A stretch of 64,000 nt of DNA from Phoronis australis (taxonomy: Eukaryota > Animalia > Phoronida), in the NCBI GenBank assembly GCA_002633005.1, contig NMRA01000150.1:444945-508944 (forward strand). The letters are read 5' to 3'. The position numbers and the translations under genes are program-made. This document shows, in pieces, positions 48,401-59,500 of the stretch (within the stretch, counting starts at the first letter, position 1; each line of letters opens with the position of its first letter). Under the pieces are notes generated by a model. That model worked only from the letters and a program-made list of their open reading frames with translations, did not search any database and was not told the origin of the DNA.

Positions 48401-50940
48401 ATAGCCCTTTACTTACTGACTCCAAAAACATAAGTCACCACTTATGGTGAACCCTAATGAAGTCTCAACCAGGGATCAAATTTGGAAAATTGGGGGAGTC
48501 AGCACATAGAAAATTTTGAGAATTAGGCGCAATCTACGCATCAACTTGGTCAGAAATGTAATGTTTTATTTCTTGATCAATTAAGAAGTCTGGTTGTAAG
48601 CGAAAGTTAATACAATCCAGCATTTATTAAAAGGTTTAGAAGTAGTTTTGAAAAATCTGTAATCTGTGAGATGCTCGTACCTCGAATCTATAACGATCAC
48701 TGCCATTGGCGTACTCACAAATTAAATGGCAACTGAGGTTTGTGTTACATACAGGGCAGGGAGGCAAACGCAGAATAACTGCAATGACTTTCGACATGGA
48801 GAGGAAGTTTTTTGCCTGAGAGTCTCACAGCTTGACAAGTTTAGATTATAGTATACATATCCATGCAAATAGTGTGGTGTGACATCATCATGACATCATG
48901 ATGACATGATGATGATGAGGAGAGAGTCTCACTGCTTGACAGGTTTATGCTTTAAATTCAGGCTGCTGATGGAACATTCATGAGGAAATGTTTTGTGGAA
49001 GCCATGTGGGAGGACATGACTAACAGAGTGAAATACCTGGGTGATACTTCAGCTGCACACCGTCGCAAGTCAATAGGCTTACTCCATACACAGTTTAAAG
49101 GTGAGTTCACTCCTGTTCATGGATACATCAAGTTACCGTTACTGTACATTGAGGGAAAAATTTGAACTCGAGCCTTAAAATGTTTCACTATAATCCTTTA
49201 CAAAAATTTTGTGTGAGAATTTTGCTTTGATCATGATTTTTTTAAGAAAAACTAAACCCCCACATAAAATATTTTTTTTATTGTACACAGAGAAACATGT
49301 CTCATGTTTTTGATTTGCGCTAAGACAATGGAGTTCAGCTGTCAAACTGGCTGTGGGAGTACCTCGGAACTGACTGTGAGCGTACCCAGAGCTGGTCATG
49401 GGAGTATGCCTATGAGTGAGGTCGGGGAAAATCGTCCAATCCTGCCAGAGCTGGCTATCGAAATTATTATTGGCCTTCTACCATTTGTTGTCTTTATAAC
49501 AAATTGGGATTCACTATTACTGGGCGCCGATTTATTACAAATTGGACCATAGTGTATGTCCCAGTTTATTCCAAGATGTTTTGTTAACATTAGCTTTCTA
49601 TTGTCACAATAGTTTCCATAAAACTCCATAAATAAGTGCATGTGGTTATGTGTGAAGTAGTTTTCCTTGCAATATTTTTCTTCTGAAATGTTCCACTTAT
49701 AAGCACAAGCATCAAAGCTCCACAGGCAGGTTTGGGATTGCACCTTAACTGGTGATTTTTAATGCTACATTTGTTACACTGCAACTTGTGACTAGTCTAC
49801 ATGGCTATTTGAAGACCGTACATTTGTGTAAATCGACGCAGAATTTGAATATTTTTTGCCCAATATGCTCGGTCCTGGTGATGACGTTGTTCTGGTCTCT
49901 GAAATAGGTTTGATGGACTGCACTATGCTTCCCTTGGGTTAGACTTTGAATGTGATGGGTATAGGATAAAGTAAGGCCAAACTGTTACTCAATTTTATTG
50001 CATCTGGTGGCCTGAGTTAAAAGGATACTAAACCCTTTTTTGATTCAACCAATCCTCGTTTTGTCACCTGCTAATACATCATTGACATTAATCTTGAAAG
50101 GTAAATGCAAACAATAACAATGTGTTGTTTGTCGGGTAAAATGGCGGCTTCGAACCGAAGGTGTGTCAAGAATGCTGCGTTCTGGTTGGTCAGCTAAGCC
50201 ATCACTTGCGACAGATCAATTGGATATTACGGCCCTTGGTGGGTGGTCTTTTCCCGCAGTTGCTTTATAATTCGCTAAAAGTGTAAGCCACGCTTGCTCA
50301 TTTAGCAAACTTTGAAAGTTTTCAAATTTTCTTCCAAATTTAGAGGGTTGTTTGGGGTTACAGAGCGTTATTTTGTTTCAGAGAACTGAATGGGAAACTC
50401 TTTTCTAGAATCTGTTTATAGGTCAAGACTGGGTTTGGTATCTTTTTAAGCAATCAAAGTGCATCACTGAAACATGTTGCATAAAATGTCTGGTTTAATG
50501 AATGCTTTTATTGTGATGTGTTGCAGTTGTTACATGTCAACTTTCTCAAGTATTTGTGTGATTATTCTCATGATCTCTGTGTTATCTTCTTCATATCACT
50601 CCACCTGTGTGTTTCAATTTACAATATGTCGTCTGCTCCTCTCACTTCAGCCTCCCTGCTGGCTTATGATGAGGGTCTCCTAGGTGATGATCATGTGCTC
50701 GCAGGCGCCATCTGGAGGACATTCTTTGAAATGGACTGTGAAGACATTAGGAAAGTGGAGAGACTGGTGGTGTACATACGTCGACAGCTGGCTTATTTAG
50801 AGTTGCAGGACTCGACATTACTTCTCAAACGAGGACTGCTACCTTTCTTGGAACTTAATCAGGAGAGCGAGAGTACAGAAAAAATACAGGCTGTCTTGAC
50901 CGAGATAGAAAAAAGAAATGTTTCTGAGCCCACAGAGTAG
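45477..50940 (+). CDS. UQCC1: Ubiquinol-cytochrome c reductase complex assembly factor 1 (Cbp3 homolog); exons 45477-45938, 48962-49100, 50651-50940; 296 aa
   Basis: Phase-consistent GT-AG exons (0,1). Motifs FGLPDTLNSWFRVNELHMWLTSVRL, MWEDM..R and AYDEGLLGDDHVLAGAIWRTFF...LVVYIRRQ are typical of the ubiquinol-cytochrome c chaperone family; basic N-terminal targeting-like peptide. Confidence 0.93.
46300..48505. mobile_element. Composite non-autonomous repeat element with internal duplications, interrupted by an LTR-like insert (UQCC1 intron 1)
   Basis: ggaccgatcaag.tgaaacttgggg.ctgacc.tttgga unit at about 46340, 46475 and 48070; ttgttggatagccctttact..ctgactccaaaaac at about 47596 and 48394. 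Confidence 0.6.
46713..47540 (-). mobile_element. Probable solo LTR
   Basis: About 830-bp block with TGT...ACA ends and a minus-strand AATAAA about 65 nt from its 3' end; it interrupts the host repeat at tttttagac|...|gactttt. No clean target-site duplication. Confidence 0.5.
50017..50449. mobile_element. Kolobok-like non-autonomous element, family A, copy 3 (longer)
   Basis: TTAA|AAGGATACTAAACC ... GGTTTGGTATCTTT|TTAA; retains a segment shared with the THAP relic at 33390-33500. Confidence 0.78.
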
Positions 50941-52135
50941 TGAGGGGGCCGCTTTGAAGAACAGTATGAAAGAGATTAGTTTGTGTCTAATTAGTACTAA
51001 TTATATTAATACACTGATGACAGACTTACCTCTGACCTCACCCTGAGGGTGGATGCAACAAGCCATCACACCCCTGGTATCAGACCACCCAACCATTACC
51101 ATGGCAACCTGCCATTTTGGTTGACTTGTCAAACAGGTTGAGACTGGGATATAATAGATTTAAATGTGGTGTGTACATTTGGTTATTAAATATTGTTTTA
51201 TAATGAACCTTGTGGTCATTATTGAGTGATGGTAGTTTTGGAATAAACTACCTTTTAATTTTCACAAAATTAATCCTCCCTCTGTCTAGGACATTGTCCA
51301 GTCTTCTAGATTTCATTATGTGAAACTTGTTTACCTCTGGTGGACAGGTCATATGACCATATTACTGGTCTCATGACTAGTTTTACTTTGTGCTGCACAA
51401 TGCTGAAATGTTGCCTGTCTTGATTGCGAGTAGATATTCATTTTTAATCCAATGCAGTTCTCAGTTGTATTTTGTTAGAAATAATGTTGCTTTCACATTG
51501 GTGTCAACACTTACAATCACCGTTACAACTCCTCTGAAGTGAATGAGTTACTGAAGGTCAGCACTTTCCCGTTGTGTGGACAGTTAACATAGCTGAATGG
51601 TGGTTTAGAGTCTAGGTTGGACAATTGTGACCATGACAATTCAGACTACTTATGTCTCTACTTGTTTTATCACAGATGAACTTTACTATTCAACCAGTGG
51701 TTCAGTTGTGCCTGTCTTGGCCCCTTTTCCATTTTCTGGCAGTCAATTTCAAAGAAGAGAAATTTTGAATTAGCACCTTCTTGAATTTGTGCCTTCTCGG
51801 AATGGCATGCCTTCCTGTTGTATACTGTCTGTCACTCAAAGTATTGTGTGCATGCTTCTTGTTCTGGGCAGTGAGGATTTGAATCTGTTGTTTTGTACTT
51901 GATGGACTCACTTAGAGTTGGCAGTGTTGAAAATCTGACAGGATGTATTGTGTACAATCTTAACGTCACTGTGTTCGAGTAAGCAAAATGAAACCTTGTG
52001 ATTGGAGTTTAATCCATTGAGGAAGTGTCTGATCCTTTTCATAGACAACTATAGTAAAACACATCAATTCAGAATCAATGTATAGCTTCCAGATCTTGCG
52101 GTTGTTCATTGCCAAGGTCAAAACTAAAATGATAA

Positions 52136-52970
52136 CAAGAGCAACACGGAGTGTTGAAATGCACCCACGAATGCATTGTCAATGGTGTGCTTCTGGAGGT
52201 GTATATTTGTATCATAAAAAGGGCCACTAGATGGCGCAAGATACATCCAATCCATCCGAAAACAGGAACATGCCATTGCTTCTTTAATAGACAGCTATTA
52301 ATTAAATTTCATAAAAATCTGTAAAAAACTTCAGAGAAGCAAAGGAAAACAGAAAAAAAAACAAAATTGCCACTAGGGGGCACAGTGTTTGCCAGATTCA
52401 TCTGAACATCATCCTCGTCCGTTGTCAATTTCATATAAATACACTTACACACTGCAGTAGGTTTAGGAGTTACAGCTATGAGCCTAAAAAAAACCGAAAC
52501 TGCCACTACGAGGCGCCACAGCAATCAAAGTCGGAAAATTATCGTCAACCATCCTCTTCACACTAAGAACATGTATGCCAACTTTCTCACAATCATCGTT
52601 AAAATGGTTTCGTTGATAGAGGAGCGGATGCCAAAAAACAGACTCTATAACAGTAAAAATGGCCACTAGGCGGCGCAAAATGCCTCAAATCCATCCGAAA
52701 ACAGGAGGATAGCGTCGTCTCATCAATAGATTCCTATGTGCCAAATTTCATGGAAAACGGTTGAGGACCTTTGAAGATACAGCGGCAAACGTAAAAAAAT
52801 AAAATTGCCACTCGGGGGCACAGCGATACTTGGGTAGGTCCGAAACTCGTCGCCCTTCTGTCGTCAACCTAATAGGAGCACACCTGCCAAATTTCATTAA
52901 GATGTCCCAAGGGTTTTAGGACAGAGATGACGTCAATATGCGCCCACATAAATATGTGGCCGCATAAAAA
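52136..52970 (-). mobile_element. Helentron-associated (HINE-like) element, most complete copy
   Basis: Ends: acaagagcaacacggagtgttg hairpin and gcgcccacataaatatgtggccgc-ataaaaa hairpin; about 150-bp internal repeats; homologous to 15377-16105 and 56270-56880. Confidence 0.7.
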
Positions 52971-53399
52971 GTACGCAAGGGCACAGTGTGCTACAATTGA
53001 AAAACTACGCATTCAAACAATTTAAGGATTAGACAAACAAGATAGGGCAACATCTGGTGACAGTCGCAGAAACTAACTTTTTTAATGTAAAAAGTTATAT
53101 TATTGATATACAACATTCGAGTGACTAATTAGATGACTACAGCAGCATCTTGCAGCATTTCAGTTTGGTTTAAATTGTCGATCCCAAGTATCATTTCATA
53201 AACTCTAAATGGAGGTGTTGAGTAAAACAACCTGCTAGTAATCCAGCCATGTAAAAACCTTAGTTTAATATAATTTGTCTATGAGCAAGCTACAACCCAC
53301 CAGAGTCTGCTCAAAGTACACAGTATATTCAGTGTGAGTCTATGACCAAGCTACAACCCACCAGAGTCTGCTCAAAGTACACAGTATAGTCAGTGTGAG

Positions 53400-53485
53400 T
53401 CTATGCTCCTGTGCTTGATGCTGAGCAAAAGTTGTTTTAAGCTTGGTGACAGTAGAAGCTTCTGTAGATGGGGCTGGTAACCTTT
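53400..53485 (-). pseudogene. Degenerate duplicate of the TUBGCP6 terminal exon in the 3' UTR
   Basis: ggttaccagccccatctacagaagcttctactg...aagcacaggagcatag mirrors 53564-53645 (GYQPHLQKLLL vs GYQPHLQELLL) with a frameshift. Confidence 0.8.
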
Positions 53486-53563
53486 TGAAGGCAATGACCA
53501 GTGAAACAATTATGTCGACCTGCCAGCCGTGTGAGTCTGTGCTCAGTGATGATCTGTATGAGT

Positions 53564-56500
53564 CTATGATCCTGTGCTTGCTGCAGAGTAGAAGTTATTA
53601 AAGTCTAGTCGCAGTAGAAGTTCCTGTAGATGGGGCTGGTAACCTCTCATGGACAAGATGTTGATCACTGGAACAAGATGGTCAGTTACAACACAAACTC
53701 ACCAGAATGGAAGTTAAGATGAATGCTTAGCAATAAGTAGCAATTATCCAAATGTGACAAATTTGGAAACAATCCTCCCTGCAGTGCATTGTGGGTAATT
53801 ACAATACTGCACCCTTCTCAACAAAATATCTTAAACCTACTAGTTAAAACTATTCAGTACAACTTTGGTGAGGGGTAACAGCTAGATCGTGACTAATATC
53901 TTATGGGGTGTCACTGATCTAGGATTAACAGCTAGTCCCAACTGAAGTCAAGCATGTATTTCAAACATTCACTGTTCTGTCTCACATCAGTCAAGCACGT
54001 ATTTCAAATAGTGTTCTGTCTCACATCAGTCAAACAGTGTTCAGTCTCACATCAATCAAGAGTTTCTTCAATGGATCAAAACAACAAGGAGGCAGGAAAC
54101 TGATGAAGCTATGTACTAGTATGTCACTAATGGAAACGTTGCTTGCCTACTGAAATAAGTTTTAGTCTTTGCTCAAATGAATGTTTTACCTTTGAGTAAG
54201 AATGCCAAGTATTCCTTAAACGTCATACAGGTGACTATCAGCTGACTGAAAGCAGGGTGCACAGCTTCACCTGTCCTGGGGTGGGGCTGCCAGGAGGCGG
54301 ACAGCAGCTGGGAGCGAAACTTGAGAATGAGACAGAAAATGTCAGTGATAACCTTCATCACTGGAGCAGCCTTCTTATTGAGTAAACACCTGGAATGAGT
54401 GTTACATAATCACAATTTTTTTATTTAGTAACTGAGACATAACATGTGTGTGATCACTCTCAACATAGGAACTGTCTTGAAGAATTCCATCTAACAAAAG
54501 TTTCAAACAAAATTTTGTTCAATGTATGTTCTGAAAGTTGAATAAAACAATCACTTGTTATTTTAGAATGTATTCACATTATGTTGGTTTACGTCTTTTT
54601 CACAACTGACATGATTGGAAAAATTGTGATTGATGAACAACTTTGAGAACTGTCCTGAGAGTGTTACCATGGCTACCATCCAGTAACTCAATGTAAAGGC
54701 ACAAGGGTAATGGTCTGATATTTTGTGCCCGAATTTTGAGAACCAGTTTTCTCCACTGAATAACGGGCATAAACTGGTTATATAAGACTATTGCCAGCAA
54801 AAGGGGGCATTACATAACTAAAAGATTATTAGTGAAACAGTGGACAAGAAGACAAAGTTTATAATTGAATAGAGCAGTGTCTGAAAATGCAATATAAGTA
54901 TCTGTCATAGTTAATGTACTCCTTCAAAGAGGAATGCTTATGGAGGCAAACCGTTGAAGAAAGTCGTACTTTTGTGACTGCTGAATGATTTAGATTATTA
55001 TGAGGTGTTGAATTAATTACAAAATATTCACCTGAAAATAGCTCTGTTGAGGTAATCAGCGTGCTTATGATGCAGTTCATCCAGACTATGCACCTGATGG
55101 GTCATGTGATCTTGGAACTCCTGCCAGGTGACATCAATGATCTGATTGGCCAGATAGCCCTGGATGATGTTGACCAGGTGTTGCATCTCATGACGATGAA
55201 GTTGAAGCTGACGGAACTGGGTGGAGCGAGCGGCATTGTGCAACAGAGCTGAAATATAGAGACAGGACACAGACTATGTGGGGTACTTGGACACTAAAGA
55301 CTTGGTATATATGTTAGGGGGAAGGGGCGATTCAGTAATTACCACAGACCCTTCTACAAAGAACGTATCAATCAGTCTCCAACTGTTCAAGTCCACATTC
55401 ATGATCCTCATTTAAGCAAATTGCTTTGTAGACAATCTTCTGAACTTATAGAGTGAGCTTCATAATGTTAACTTATGGAGTGCACCAGAGAGCTTCATAA
55501 TGTTAAATTATCGAGTGCACCAGAGAGCTTCATAATGTTAACTTATCGAGTGCACCACTGAGCTTCGCAATATTAACTTATCAAGTGCACCAGTGAGCTT
55601 CATAATGTTAAAAAGACTTATCAAAAATAGACTTGAGGTCATCTGACGCCATGACTCATTTTGGAAGTGATATCCATGTTTGCCTCCACCAGGGGGTGTG
55701 CAAGCATTGTGCAAGGTACAGACACACTAGGTTTACATTTGCCAGTTTGAGATTCTTTGGAAATAAACAAATAAGACCTGAAGGAGAACAAACCAAGACA
55801 GAGAATAACTTACATTGAGGAGTCAAGGCAACAGTCCTGCTAGAGCTAACGAAAAGATTCCAAGGTTCAACTGAGCAATGCTTTCAGTTAATCTGATATT
55901 GTTGATAAGTGTTGGACGTACCAGTTCTCTTGAGACTGTTCACCACATCCTTCAATACCCATGTGGTACGACGGAGCTGTAGCATGAAGGAGAATACCTT
56001 GGAATACTTGCTCATACAACTCTCAGTAATCACAATATTGATGGGCCAGTCTACTTTATATTGTAGCTCAAGACAGTCCAGACTGTTGATGGCTGAAATT
56101 AGAAAATGTTACATCTGCATTTCAATGTGATACTAAAATGGGGCACAAAAATAAATCTGTTGTTACACAGAAAAACACTTTTTGCAGACGGAGAGGCGAG
56201 TGGCAAAAATTCGACGGATAAACTATAAAAATTTCACAAGGTGACATAGAACATCAAACCTGTCCACAAACAAGAATACGACATCTTTAAAATAAATCTG
56301 TTTGTCAATTTAATGGAAATATGTCAAGGAACTCTGGTTCCAAAGGCAAACATAAAAAATCGCCACTTGGGGGCTCTGTGGTGAACATTTCAACCAAAAG
56401 TCATTGCTGTCCCTTGTCACATTCATACGAAGACTTCAGAAAGATCCTGCAAGGCTCAAGAACTTACAGAAAAAATTGCCACTAGGAGGTGCTACAGTAG

Positions 56501-59500
56501 TCAGTGTCATGCGAAAATCAAGGTCAACTGTAGTCTTGACAGAAACACATCTGCCAATTTTCATGATCCTTTGAGGAGTTTGGCAAATAGAGAGCCGAAC
56601 AACAAAAAAACGGACTCAGAAATAACAAAAATGGCCACTAGGTGATGCAAGATATGTTCAATCAATTTGCGAAGTAGTAAGCATTGTCATCTTCTTTATA
56701 TGTAACCAAAGTTTATGAAAATCCATCCAGAAACTCCAAAGGCAAAGATAGAAACTAATTGTCACTAGGGGACGCAATGATATGTAAATCAGTCCTTAAC
56801 TTGTCACAAGCTTCATAGGAGCCCATTTGCCAAATCTCATGATCCTACAAGGGGTTTATGAGATACAACAGCGAACACTGTATACCAAGACAGCGATCGC
56901 TTCAGAATTCTGGAATAACAGTTTAGATTTATGATTTCTATTTATAACTTAGTTTTTATAGACATAACACATAAACTAAACTATTACAATGTTCACCATC
57001 AACGATATAGAATTTACAAATTCCAATTCTTATTTCATACACAGCATGCACTCACCATTTGGCATGAAGACATCAGGCATAGACTTGAGAGCAAAACTGA
57101 GTCGACTGGCTGCACTGTTGACTGGGCCAACACTAGACTGTATAGCATTAGTAAGGACACGGTTGAGGAAGGCAGGATTCAACATCTTCTGTGGATGGGG
57201 GTTCATTGCTAGCTGAAACAGTGAATACACAAATTGAGCTTGTGATGGTTGATTGCTCGCTGAAACAGTGGAAACACAAGATGCGTTTGGCCAAGATGTA
57301 CATTGTACCTGTGACAAACTTCAAGTGACTAATATATGAAGCATGTTTACAAACTGTTGACACTAAGGATTTTGTGAAAATAAAATGCAACACTCCTTAA
57401 GAGACATTGCAACAAAGTAGAACTGTGCATGGGTAGCACTATGACCATCAAAATAACACAGTTACAGAGAGAACAGTTTGAAAACATTATCGACAAATCA
57501 CACGATCAACTAATTCACTATAATACTCTCTGTTGGTCTTGAATTGTATTGCCCAAGAAAGAAGAAAGGCTCACTCGTTCAAACAGTTGGTCGCTCAAAA
57601 CTTGGGCAAATTCACCATCTTGCATCAGTAAAAACCTTCTTATAGCGACAAAGTGGTCCTCAATCTTGAGATCATGAAGGAAGTAAGTCAGCAGGCACTG
57701 ATTGACCAATGAAACTCTGTAAGACATACAGGGATCAACTGATTAACCAATAAAACTCTGTAACACATACAGAGATCAACTGATTGACCAATGAAACTCT
57801 GTAACACATACAGAGATCAAATGATTGACCAATAGAAATCTGTAAAACATAGAAAGGCCAACTGATTAACCAATTCAACTCTCTAAAAATGATAGAAATA
57901 AACTGGGCAATAAAACTCTGTGAAGAAAACAGACTGAGGTCATTGATTGACAATGTATGAGGAGTGCAGAGGTAGTTTACTGAACAATGAAACGGGATGA
58001 AATGGACAAATAAATTGACTGACCAATGATGCGAGTGAAAATGACAGAAATAAATTGACTGACAAATGAAACTGAATGAAAAGCACAAAAATAATTTGCC
58101 TGAATAATGGGACTGAGTTAAAAGGACAGAAATGAATTGACTGATCAAATGAAACTGGGTTAAAAAGGAAATATTGACTAACCACTGAAAGTTTCAACTT
58201 GGTAAAATTCACCAGTATAAACAGGTATTTTAAAATTTTGTGCGGAAAATATTTCACAGTAGTTCTGGGAGTTCTGCAAGACTACAAAGTGAAGTTACAT
58301 TCGGATGTTCACTTACTGTGCCATTATAGGTGCAGTCAAGGTGCGTCTTAATAAACAATCCACTGACATGTAGTTGTGGGCGTCGACCTCATCATCATCA
58401 CCTATACCATACTCTAGTAATCCACCACTTGGATCATGGATTATGGACGTAGTAAGATCACTAGATGGATGATGATCTAGACAATGTATGTAATGTTAAT
58501 GTCACCTTCAATATACACAATGTATGTAATGTTAATGTCACCTTCAATATACACAATGTATGTAATGTTAATGTCACCTTCAATATACACAATGTATGTA
58601 ATGTTAATGTCACCTTCAATATACACAATGTAATAAACATGTGATCTACTGTACACGATTTACAAATTAACAATTTTTAAATTGTTAAAACAAAACTTTG
58701 CATTTTTTCATTATGCATAAAGACTGATTCTGCAACAAAAACTCAACAATTCACAAAGATGAACATGAAACAAAGAGCATAAAACTTACAAACTCTATCA
58801 AACTTGATCTCATAAGGCAGAGACTTGTCCTCCATCCAACCCCACTCTTCCTGGTCACCTGCACTACTATCTGTGTCTGTACAAATTAAATTAATATTGC
58901 AAACTGCATACAGAAACAATAACATGGCTAGGACTAAAAGTTAGAATAAAGTGTAAAGTTAGAACTCACTGCTGGATATCAAATGTGTGCAGTGCTTAAG
59001 GATTTAAAGTAATATTAATTCTTAAGATGACATCAATTAACACTTGGAAACTCTTGTAAAGCACATCTTTTTATTACGTTGATGAGGCTGTTCACCTGTT
59101 CAGGCAAGGTTACAATTATCGCCATGACAACACGATACACTCGCAAGTATACAAAGACGTAGATATTTTATAGACCAGGACATATTTTCCTAAACTGTGC
59201 CTGGATGGTCTCATCACAGCATCATGTTTCAGTCATATTAAAGCTGTTAGTTGTTTTGTCATATTTTTAATGATGTGAAAAAGCAGTATATACAGCCTTG
59301 AATTTTGTCCTTTCACATTCGCAGAAATGGCTCTAAATAAGTTATATAAATCAATCTTTCAGCTACACCAATGACATGTTGGTACTGTGATGTGCCAGTA
59401 CCATGAAATGTTAGTACTGCGACACGCCAGTACCATGACATTTTGGTACTGTGACATGTCAGTACCATGACATGTTGGTACTGTGACATGCCAGTACCAT

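Noticed and set aside
49304-49552. ORF ending LLLGADLLQ resembling a retroviral-type protease tail
   Set aside because: No catalytic D(S/T)G motif and no adjacent gag or RT similarity visible; too weak to call.
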